Origin: a virus
DNA: 64,000 bases
Strand: one strand, 5' to 3'
IMG/VR virus record: IMGVR_UViG_3300044691_000566
Coordinates: 64,001-128,000 of that record
In this document: piece after piece, positions 47,237 to 55,414 of the stretch
How the letters are laid out: the number at the start of each line of letters is the position of its first letter
Position numbering within the stretch: position 1 is the first letter of the stretch
The notes under the pieces: generated by a model
The model's input: the letters and a program-made list of their open reading frames with translations, nothing else
What the model was told of the DNA's origin: nothing
Databases searched by the model: none
Program-made: the position numbers and the translations under genes

Positions 47237-47662
47237 GTGGCGCGGTGGCTGTTCCCCTCTGACCGTCTGGTCTTCCGGTACGGCACGCCCGGAACTCCTC
47301 TGTACTCGCCTGCGGCCGAGAGGGTCGTCATCTGCACCGACTCGGCCGGAACGGCCCTCGCGGGCATCCAGGCGCCCGACGGGACCACGATCGACGCCAC
47401 CTTGAGCATCGGCCAGGACTGCCTGATCCCCGAGTTCCTGGGCCCCGACGGCCTCACCACGCTGTACGCCAGGAACAGCGCCGGGATCGTCTCCAAGCTG
47501 TACGCACAGTCCGGCCAGTTCTTCGCGGGCTCCGCGATCAACCTGCCCAACGTCACCGCGCCCCCGGCCACCCCGACCGGCGGCGGTGTGCTCTTCGTCC
47601 AGGCGGGAGCACTGAAGTACAAGGGCAGCTCCGGCACGACCACCACCATCGCTCCGGCCTAG
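47237..47662 (+). CDS. putative tail fibre-associated protein
   Basis: PTGGGVLFVQAGALKYKGSSGT fibre-type C-terminus. Confidence 0.55.
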   Translation: MARWLFPSDRLVFRYGTPGTPLYSPAAERVVICTDSAGTALAGIQAPDGTTIDATLSIGQDCLIPEFLGPDGLTTLYARNSAGIVSKLYAQSGQFFAGSAINLPNVTAPPATPTGGGVLFVQAGALKYKGSSGTTTTIAPA

Positions 47663-47670
47663 GAGACACC

Positions 47671-48378
47671 ATGCCCCTGGGGATCCCGCAGCCGAGCGGC
47701 ATGGTGCCGCACAGCCGCAGCACCATGCAGCCGTACTACATTCGCGAGCCCCAGCGGTGGGCCGTCGACCAGGAGCGCCAGCGGCACCTCCAGGCGCTGT
47801 ACTCGGTCGGCGAGTGGACCATCTTCTGTCTCATGTGGCACCTGGAGGACTTCCAGAACGGCCTCGTGACGCGGTGCTCGGTCTGCTACAACCGCTTCTC
47901 CCAGGCGTACAAGCAGGGCGAGCGCAACAAGTGCCCGGACTGTTTCGGGACGACTTTCGAGGGCGGCTTCAAGGCGATCATCGTGCGCCCGGCGATCTTC
48001 GGCGACACCGACGAGGCCACCAAGTACCAGGCGCGTGGCGTCGTGGACTCCGACGACCTGGACATGGAGTCGACCCCCGACTTCCGTGTCCGGAGCGGGG
48101 ACTACTGCTTCCGCTCCACGGGCCACAGGTTCTTCCTCCGGGTGCCGGAGCGCGTGACCCTGCGGACCGGCTTCGCCACCCCGTACCAGCGCTCCATGGC
48201 CGTCGGCTACAACCACGCGCGGGCCTCCCTTGAGGACCGCAGCGCGGTGGCCTACACCATCCCTCCCAACGAGGCCGACCTGATCCAGATCCTCAGCGTC
48301 GCGGTCACCGAGCCGGTGTCGTTCGGGGCTTTCGAAGTGATCAGAAGCCCCCTGATCCCCATCGACGACCTCGCGTAA
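47671..48378 (+). CDS. putative neck/head-closure protein
   Basis: RCSVC...KCPDCFGTTFEGGF; synteny. Confidence 0.55.
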   Translation: MPLGIPQPSGMVPHSRSTMQPYYIREPQRWAVDQERQRHLQALYSVGEWTIFCLMWHLEDFQNGLVTRCSVCYNRFSQAYKQGERNKCPDCFGTTFEGGFKAIIVRPAIFGDTDEATKYQARGVVDSDDLDMESTPDFRVRSGDYCFRSTGHRFFLRVPERVTLRTGFATPYQRSMAVGYNHARASLEDRSAVAYTIPPNEADLIQILSVAVTEPVSFGAFEVIRSPLIPIDDLA

Positions 48379-48388
48379 GGATTTTAAA

Positions 48389-49147
48389 ATGTCGCTGCTG
48401 TATGCCCGGGTACGCCGGGAGGCCATGGCCTGGCGCAATGAGAGTGGCGAGCACCACCCCGTGGTGCATCCCGTCAAGCACGTCGGGTTCGCCGGGCACG
48501 TGGGCCAGTCCCCCGAAGGCCGTGAGGAGTGGGGGATGGGGGACGAGGACGAAGACGAGGATGAGGGCGGCTTCGACGAAGACCTTCGCGACAGTGTGCG
48601 GCCCGAGCCGACGCCAGAGGAGGAGGAGCACAACGACCTCCACGGGGAGTACCCGGAAAGCTTCTACGACCGGCACGACGAGGCGTACGACCACGCCCTG
48701 GACCAGCGGCAGCGGAAGAACCATGAGGAGAACCGTCCTGACGATACGGACGACGAGCTGATGGACTTCATCGGCAATCACGGCACCGACAAAGAGTTCT
48801 GGCACAAGCACGCCACCCACGGACCCGTGGACATCAAGCAGCCGGTCTACGCCACCCAGTCCCACGTCTCCCAGACCCACCTGGACAAGTACCGCCACGC
48901 CCCGAATGCCCCCACCCACCGGGACAAGGGCGACGACAGCTACCTGGGCGACGAGTCCCCGCTGATGGTCACCCACCGAGGCGCCCTGCACACCATCGAA
49001 GGCCATCACCGGGTCGCTGCCGCTCTCCAGCGCGGCGACAGCCACATACCCGCCTGGCACTTCAATGCCGACGAGCACGGTGGCCTGCCGGACTCCGAGG
49101 GCCACATGCCGGACCACGAGGACTACGAGGAGCACTGGAGCGCATGA
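48389..49147 (+). CDS. acidic ParB/Srx-like domain protein
   Basis: VYATQSHV...IEGHHRVAAAL. Confidence 0.6.
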   Translation: MSLLYARVRREAMAWRNESGEHHPVVHPVKHVGFAGHVGQSPEGREEWGMGDEDEDEDEGGFDEDLRDSVRPEPTPEEEEHNDLHGEYPESFYDRHDEAYDHALDQRQRKNHEENRPDDTDDELMDFIGNHGTDKEFWHKHATHGPVDIKQPVYATQSHVSQTHLDKYRHAPNAPTHRDKGDDSYLGDESPLMVTHRGALHTIEGHHRVAAALQRGDSHIPAWHFNADEHGGLPDSEGHMPDHEDYEEHWSA

Positions 49148-49623
49148 GCACCCTGTGGGCTCAGGCGGCCTGGGTCCAGGACGACGCCGAGGACGAGTCG
49201 ACGCACCCCGAGGTGCGGCCGGTGGAGAAGGCCGGGTTCGCCGGGTGGGTGACCTCCCCCGGGATGGAGGAGGAGGGCGACCAGCCCCACCACCACAACG
49301 AGCCGCTCATGGACCACCTGCTCTCCCACGGCGGGGATGAACTGAGGGAGATGTCCCAGCACGGCCGGATCCCCCTCAACGAGCCCGTGTACGGCACCCA
49401 GAGCCACGTGACCGAGCGGGGCCTGGCCAAGCACGCCTTCCCCGCCAAGCACGTCCCCGCCGAGCAGAAGCCCCGCTTCATCCGGCACCAGGGGCGCCTG
49501 TACGTGGACGACGGCCACCACCGCGTGGGGGCGGCCCTCCTGCGCGGGGACCCTTCGATCGAGGGCTACTACTTCAACGCCGACAAGAAGGGCTTCCCGG
49601 AGCCCGAGAACAGGTGGTGGTGA
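49144..49623 (+). CDS. ParB/Srx-like domain protein (paralog of upstream gene)
   Basis: VYGTQSHV...DDGHHRVGAAL. Confidence 0.6.
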   Translation: MSTLWAQAAWVQDDAEDESTHPEVRPVEKAGFAGWVTSPGMEEEGDQPHHHNEPLMDHLLSHGGDELREMSQHGRIPLNEPVYGTQSHVTERGLAKHAFPAKHVPAEQKPRFIRHQGRLYVDDGHHRVGAALLRGDPSIEGYYFNADKKGFPEPENRWW

Positions 49624-49625
49624 GC

Positions 49626-50369
49626 ATGAGCTTGCTGTGGAGAACTGCCATGGTCCGTACCGCCTCCTGGGAGCCCCAGGACTCCGAGGAGCATATCCAC
49701 CCCGGGGACATGGAGGGCGACAAGATCCGGTACGAGCTGAACGACAAGCACATCGAGGACCTCGCGTCCTCGATCAAGCAGCACGGCTACAGCCCCGAGA
49801 GGCACGGCCAGCTCGGGATCAACGTCACCGACAACGGCGAGAACCTCTACACGCACTCGCGCGGGACCGAGGCCCACCCGGACCACCCGAACGACCACCA
49901 CGAGCACCTGTTGCACGCCCTGCGCGACGCCGGGCACGGCGAGGTGCCGGTACACATCCACGACCAGTCCTCGAACGAGTCCGGCACGGCCCCGACGTAC
50001 TACCACGGCACCACGGAGGAGGATCTGGATCAGGTCTATCCCAACCACGGCACCCGGGGCACCTTCGGTAACAACGGCGGCATTCATGAACCCGGCTACG
50101 CCTACGCCACCAGTCGGAAATGGGCCGAGCACTACGCCGACCGTGCAGCCGAAATGCGTGATGGCGTGCGCCCCCACGTCTACCAGGTCGAGCCCAAAGG
50201 GCCAGTGGAAGACGACCCTTCCCGCGACGTCCACGGCAACCTGCGAGGCAACTTCGCCGAGGACATGCGGTCCAAACACGGCTTCCAGGTTGTCGGCGAG
50301 GAGGACCTCGGCCATGACGACAACTACGAGGACGAGTGGGGCGAGCACGACCACGAGCATGAGGACTGA
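49626..50369 (+). CDS. protein with Arr-like ADP-ribosyltransferase domain
   Basis: YYHGT...YAYAT...VYQVEPKGPVEDDP. Confidence 0.55.
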   Translation: MSLLWRTAMVRTASWEPQDSEEHIHPGDMEGDKIRYELNDKHIEDLASSIKQHGYSPERHGQLGINVTDNGENLYTHSRGTEAHPDHPNDHHEHLLHALRDAGHGEVPVHIHDQSSNESGTAPTYYHGTTEEDLDQVYPNHGTRGTFGNNGGIHEPGYAYATSRKWAEHYADRAAEMRDGVRPHVYQVEPKGPVEDDPSRDVHGNLRGNFAEDMRSKHGFQVVGEEDLGHDDNYEDEWGEHDHEHED

Positions 50370-50374
50370 TCGCA

Positions 50375-51082
50375 TTGTTGCTCGAATCGGCCGAGATGAG
50401 GCTGTGCGAGACGCCGGACCGGATCATCATGGTGGTGGCCGGACTGACCCCGGGCCGTGCCCGCTCATGCGCTCTGGCGGCCGTACGCGAGTGCCGCAGG
50501 AAGATGCCCAAGATGAGCGGCGCCTCAGCGGCCCGGCTCCAGCCCCTGTACGGCAAGGGCTACTTCGGGATCTGGTGGGCGGACAGCTACGTGTTCTTCC
50601 AGGACCACGGCATCCGGCCTTTCACCATGCGGTCCCTGGCGGGCAAGATCATCCCCATGTGGATCGACGACCCCACCGGCAAGGAGCGGTCCAAAAACCC
50701 CAAGGCCAAGGTCCGCACCACGATGTCCGGCAAGATCCAGGTGCTGATCTTCCGCAAGGCGGCCAACATCGGCCAGCGGGTCACCAAGTACGGCCGGGAC
50801 GCGGGAGGCAACCGTGTCGTCGTCTCCGACAAGCCCGCGTCCTATCCGGGTGCCCCGGGCCGGATCGGCGTGCGGGAGGCCGGGAGTCCCAACACCCGGG
50901 CGGGCAAAGCGGGCGGCCAGATCGCCAAGGGCAACGTCGGTGTGCGCTGGCGGCACCCGGGCACCGCACCCCGGCTGTTCCTCAACAACGCGCTGACGCT
51001 GGCGGCGCAGTGGAACGGCATCCTCCCCATCCGCGTATACCTGTGCGACCGCACCTGGCGGTTGCAGGTGAAGGTGAGCTGA
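50375..51082 (+). CDS. putative neck/tail completion protein
   Basis: basic; DHGIRPF...HPG..PRLFL pattern; synteny. Confidence 0.5.
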   Translation: MLLESAEMRLCETPDRIIMVVAGLTPGRARSCALAAVRECRRKMPKMSGASAARLQPLYGKGYFGIWWADSYVFFQDHGIRPFTMRSLAGKIIPMWIDDPTGKERSKNPKAKVRTTMSGKIQVLIFRKAANIGQRVTKYGRDAGGNRVVVSDKPASYPGAPGRIGVREAGSPNTRAGKAGGQIAKGNVGVRWRHPGTAPRLFLNNALTLAAQWNGILPIRVYLCDRTWRLQVKVS

Positions 51083-51086
51083 CCCC

Positions 51087-51749
51087 ATGTACGTCGCCCC
51101 ACTGAAGACGCTGCTGAACGAGGCGCTCAACCTGACCTTCGACGGTCAGTACCCGGTGCCGGAGTTCCGGGGCATCCACATCGGCCTGGAGTACCCGGTC
51201 GACCAGCAGATGTACCCCTCGGTGTGGATCGACTTCGAGGACACCCAGCCGCTGCTGCGGGCAGGCATCGGGCACCTGGAGTACGTCAACCCCAGCGACG
51301 GCGTGACCCCGGTGGCTCCCTTCACCCGCTGGCGTTTCACGGGGTATGTCTCCCTCACCGCCGTGGCCCTGACCTCCCTGGAGCGGGACCGGCTGTACGA
51401 CGAGCTGGTCCGGGTGGTGGCCTTCAGCAATGAGGACGGCGTGGTCGGCCGCTTCAAGACCACCATCGCCAGCAACGACCTGATCGCCGCCACACTCAAC
51501 ACCGACAAGATCGAGGCCCGGGGCAACGCGGCGGCTCCCGGCACCCCCTGGGGCACCGACGAGATCATGTACGAGAAGTCCCTGAACCTGGAGCTGATCG
51601 GGGAGTTCGTGCCGGATCCGGCCACCGGGACCCTGGTCAGCCTCTCCCGGATCGTGATGATCCCGACCGAGGAACTGCCGGGCCACCTCACCTACGTCCC
51701 GGACAACGGCGTGGATCTCTCCTCCGGCCAGTTCTCCGAGTGGCACTGA
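51087..51749 (+). CDS. putative tail terminator/completion protein
   Basis: directly upstream of sheath. Confidence 0.55.
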   Translation: MYVAPLKTLLNEALNLTFDGQYPVPEFRGIHIGLEYPVDQQMYPSVWIDFEDTQPLLRAGIGHLEYVNPSDGVTPVAPFTRWRFTGYVSLTAVALTSLERDRLYDELVRVVAFSNEDGVVGRFKTTIASNDLIAATLNTDKIEARGNAAAPGTPWGTDEIMYEKSLNLELIGEFVPDPATGTLVSLSRIVMIPTEELPGHLTYVPDNGVDLSSGQFSEWH

Positions 51750-51828
51750 CCCTCCTGTCCTTCGGGACCCCGCTCCCCGGAAGAGGTGGAAGCACGATCT
51801 GACCACCGTTCCGGAGGGGTGGAACACC

Positions 51829-53394
51829 TTGCCCGACTTCACCAGTTACGTCCCACCGGGCGTATACGTCCAGGACACCTCGCAGCCGGTGGTGACGCCC
51901 ACCACCGTTGCCACCAACGTCGTGACGGTGATCGGCCCGGCGCAGGGGTACCAGACCCAGACGGACGCGGTCCAGGTCTACTGGAACTCGAACACTCTGC
52001 TGACCCAGCGCGGGGCCTTCGTGACGGCGGTGACCGGTCCTCCGGTCATCGGTGCCCCGGTGGTCAAGAACGCGGCCGGGCTCGTCATGACCTACGCCAT
52101 CGACTACACCTTCATCGTCGACTCCTCGGGCGGTGGGGGCGCCGCCAACGCGGTGACCTACATCAAGCGCCTGGGTACCAGCGGGAGTCCGTCGGCGACC
52201 TCCCCCAACGGCCTGGTGGACGGCGCTGTCGTCTTCGTCACCTACAGCTACGCGGACGCGGACTACTTCACTCCGCAGTCGTTCACCGACCCGAGTCAGA
52301 TCTCTGCCACCTACGGGGCGGCTCTGACCAGCACGGCGCCCGCCAACCCGAACAGCTCCCAGGTCCTGTGCGCCCTGACCCTGGCCGCCCAGCTCGCCAT
52401 GGCCAACGGGGCCAGCACGGTGCTCGCCCTGGCCACCAACCCGGCCGACGGCCCGATCCGGGACCAGTTCGTCGCGGCATATGCCAAGCTCCAGGCGAAA
52501 TACCAGGCGTCCCTGCTCGTCCCGCTGTTCGTGGACGGCTCGCCGCAGGCCAGCGGGTCAGCAGACGCCCACAGCGCGGACGCGGTCCTCGCCCTCATCC
52601 AGGACGTCAACGCCCACTGCGTGAACGCGTCGGCCGACGGCTACGGCCGGATGGCCTTCGTCGGCGTGGAGACCAATTACGACGCCACCACGCGGCCGTT
52701 CAGCACGGTGGCCACCACCGTCTCCTCCAAGCGGACCGTGCTGGCCTACCCCAACCAGCTCAGCTTCTACAACTCGCTGCTGGCGCAGACCACCACGGTC
52801 TCCGGCTACTACCTGGCAGCGGCCATGGCCGGGCGTCTGGCCGGTGGCGATGTGGAGCGCGGCCTGACCAAGATCTCCGTCACCGGGTTCAACGGTCTGC
52901 CCGCCGTCCTGGCGCAGCAGCAGACCAAGGCGTTCAAGGACTCCCTGTCCAAGGCGGGCGTCTCTGTCCTGGAGCAGATCCAGTCCGGGGCCCTCCAGAT
53001 CCGCCACGGCGTGACCACGGACATGTCGGGCCTGACCACCCGGGAGATCTCCCTGGTGCGTGTGGGCGACGTCCTGTTCGAGCTGGTGCAGACCGGCATG
53101 GACTCTGCGGGACTGATCGGGCAGCCGATCGACGCGGACATGACGACCAAGGTGAAGGGCGCCCTCACCGGGGTCCTGGAGACGGCCGTCAGCAACAACG
53201 TCATCGACTCGTACGGCAACGTCGTGGTGCGCCAGCAGCCACTGCCGAGCGGTGACCCCTCGATCATCGAGGCCCAGTTCGCCTACGCCCCGGCAATTCC
53301 CGCGAACTACATCACCGTCTCGTTCGCCATCGACCTGACGTCGGGCGCGTTCACCAACACCACCGACACGACGACCACCCCGACCTCCGGCTGA
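51829..53394 (+). CDS. tail sheath protein
   Basis: YVPPGVYVQ N-terminus; IRHGVTT...EISLVR; P.NYITVSF. Confidence 0.88.
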   Translation: MPDFTSYVPPGVYVQDTSQPVVTPTTVATNVVTVIGPAQGYQTQTDAVQVYWNSNTLLTQRGAFVTAVTGPPVIGAPVVKNAAGLVMTYAIDYTFIVDSSGGGGAANAVTYIKRLGTSGSPSATSPNGLVDGAVVFVTYSYADADYFTPQSFTDPSQISATYGAALTSTAPANPNSSQVLCALTLAAQLAMANGASTVLALATNPADGPIRDQFVAAYAKLQAKYQASLLVPLFVDGSPQASGSADAHSADAVLALIQDVNAHCVNASADGYGRMAFVGVETNYDATTRPFSTVATTVSSKRTVLAYPNQLSFYNSLLAQTTTVSGYYLAAAMAGRLAGGDVERGLTKISVTGFNGLPAVLAQQQTKAFKDSLSKAGVSVLEQIQSGALQIRHGVTTDMSGLTTREISLVRVGDVLFELVQTGMDSAGLIGQPIDADMTTKVKGALTGVLETAVSNNVIDSYGNVVVRQQPLPSGDPSIIEAQFAYAPAIPANYITVSFAIDLTSGAFTNTTDTTTTPTSG

Positions 53395-53411
53395 TCTGAG
53401 GGGATTTTAAA

Positions 53412-53918
53412 ATGCCGCAAACCAAGGTGAGGGTCGTCGGCTCGGGCTACACGACCTTCTTCTACAAGGGGAAGGCCATCGCCTTCTGCGAGGGCGTGGA
53501 GGACTCCGGCCAGCGGGCCTTCTCCGACCTCGGCCAGCCCTACCAGTTCATCCAGCCCCTGGGCGCCACGCATCCGGTGGAGATAGCCACCTCGCGTGTC
53601 CTCCAGGGCGGCACGCTGATGCTCACCATCCGCGAGCTGTGGAACACCCTCGTGTGGGAGCAGCTCTCCGGTCTGGCCGGGACCAAGAACATCGTCGACA
53701 TCTTCGCGGTCCTGGCCAACGACCCGAACTACGTCACCTGCCAGTTGGTGATCAAGCCTCCGGGCACCCAGAACAACCCGGGCGCGTGGCGCGGCAAGAA
53801 CTACCACAACTGCGTCGTCGTAGACATCAACGACGGCGACACCATCACGGTGGGGTCACTCGCTGTAACCAAGGGGATCACTGTGGCCTATACCCATACG
53901 AGTGCGCTCAACAAGTAG
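53412..53918 (+). CDS. tail tube protein
   Basis: 168 aa directly after sheath. Confidence 0.75.
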   Translation: MPQTKVRVVGSGYTTFFYKGKAIAFCEGVEDSGQRAFSDLGQPYQFIQPLGATHPVEIATSRVLQGGTLMLTIRELWNTLVWEQLSGLAGTKNIVDIFAVLANDPNYVTCQLVIKPPGTQNNPGAWRGKNYHNCVVVDINDGDTITVGSLAVTKGITVAYTHTSALNK

Positions 53919-54381
53919 CGAAGCGGTCGGAGCTGAGTAGACCCCGGTTGCGCAGCTCCATGCAGGTGCGGCAGCGGCGGCTCCCGTCGGAACGGATCAT
54001 GGTGTTGGAGGAGGTGAAGGCGTGGCCACGCAGACAGTGCGTCTTGCGCGCGTTGAGCGCGCACACGCCGTTGCCCCGTATGACGTTGACGGTCCCCGGC
54101 ACGATCTCCATGTGGGCCGTGAAGTTGACGCAGTGCTTCATGGTGCAGCCCCAGGCCCGCACATGGTCGATCGTCATATGATCCGGGACGGCCTTGACGA
54201 AGTGGTGAAAGCCCCAGCGGTGGGCGGGCCAGATGCGGCCCTCCACCCGGAACTGGCCGTACCCCCACCGATCGGTGCCCGCCGTCCACGGCCAGCACTC
54301 GGTGCTTCCGCGCCGGTCCACATGGGACCAGAAGCGGGCTTCGTCGTCTCCTTTGATGAAGGCGCGCGAGAGCTTGGTCAT
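53908..54381 (-). CDS. HNH endonuclease
   Basis: RFWSHV..ECWPW..GYGQF..AHR..IDH..CVN..H; RKTHCLRGH. Confidence 0.88.
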   Translation of the reverse strand: MTKLSRAFIKGDDEARFWSHVDRRGSTECWPWTAGTDRWGYGQFRVEGRIWPAHRWGFHHFVKAVPDHMTIDHVRAWGCTMKHCVNFTAHMEIVPGTVNVIRGNGVCALNARKTHCLRGHAFTSSNTMIRSDGSRRCRTCMELRNRGLLSSDRFATC

Positions 54382-54416
54382 AGTCGGATGGTTACCACAT
54401 ATATGCGGAGCGTGAG

Positions 54417-54950
54417 ATGAATTCGGGACCCACGTCCTACGATCCGACGACACTGGGGGCCCAGTCGGAGGACGAGCCGGGCACGCTCCGGGATGATCAG
54501 GGCAACGTTCTGCCGACGTTCGACCCCAAGCATGCAGAGTCCTTCACCGGCTTGCTGTACCTGGGGGCCCTGTCGGACACCTTCGACTGGCTCGGGCACA
54601 CCTTCAGCATCCGGACCCTGCGGGACGGCGAGAAGCTGGCCGTCGCCACGATCATCAAGCCGTACGTGGAGACGATGGGCGCCGACCGGGCCTACGCGGA
54701 CGCCATGGTCGGCATGTGCGTCACAGGCGTGGACGGCGACGACCTCCCCGTCCCCATCGGCGAGACCAGGCGGGCCCACGAGTGGGGGTACCAGCGCTTC
54801 GAGTACGTCAAAGACAACTGGTTCTCGTACACCACCGACGTGGTCTTCAACCGGTATCTGATGCTCGAAGACCTGGCCCGTCAGGTTCTGGACGCCATGG
54901 GAAAAGCATCGGCCCCCGAGGACTCGAACCCTTCGTCGAACGGCATCTGA
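54417..54950 (+). CDS. tail assembly chaperone
   Basis: between tube and tape measure; slippery GGGAAAA near 3' end. Confidence 0.7.
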   Translation: MNSGPTSYDPTTLGAQSEDEPGTLRDDQGNVLPTFDPKHAESFTGLLYLGALSDTFDWLGHTFSIRTLRDGEKLAVATIIKPYVETMGADRAYADAMVGMCVTGVDGDDLPVPIGETRRAHEWGYQRFEYVKDNWFSYTTDVVFNRYLMLEDLARQVLDAMGKASAPEDSNPSSNGI

Positions 54951-55414
54951 GACTCGCTCAGGCCCGGGGGCTCCTCAGCGGCGACAACTTGTCGGACGTC
55001 GCTCTGCTCGGGCTGGACTATCTCGCTTTCGCCGACGGCCTGGTGGCGGCCGACCTCCGGGCGCAGGCGGATGCGCGGCAAACGGCCCTCCTGAACACCA
55101 TCGTGCGCGGGGCGCTGGTCGCCTCCGGCAACTACGAGGAGAAGGTCCTCTTCGAGGACTACTTCCCGGCGCCGGAGATCCCCGACGGCATCGCCACCAC
55201 CAGCGATGCGGACGTGGATCTGGACTACAGCGGTGTCGACTTCGGGACCCCGGACGAGAGCGAGATGGAGATCCTCCAGCGCATGCTGGCCGACACCATG
55301 GTGACCGTCTCCGGAGTGGACGGGGCGGACGAGTCGGAAGCTCCCGCATCAGGTCTTCCGGCGCCGCGTGAGATCGCCCTCGCGGACATCGAGCAGGACA
55401 GGGAGTGGGTGTGA
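54899..55414 (+). CDS. -1 frameshift extension of tail assembly chaperone
   Basis: G GGA AAA at 54899-54905 leads into open -1 frame ending 55414. Confidence 0.7.
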   Translation, partial: GKSIGPRGLEPFVERHLRLAQARGLLSGDNLSDVALLGLDYLAFADGLVAADLRAQADARQTALLNTIVRGALVASGNYEEKVLFEDYFPAPEIPDGIATTSDADVDLDYSGVDFGTPDESEMEILQRMLADTMVTVSGVDGADESEAPASGLPAPREIALADIEQDREWV

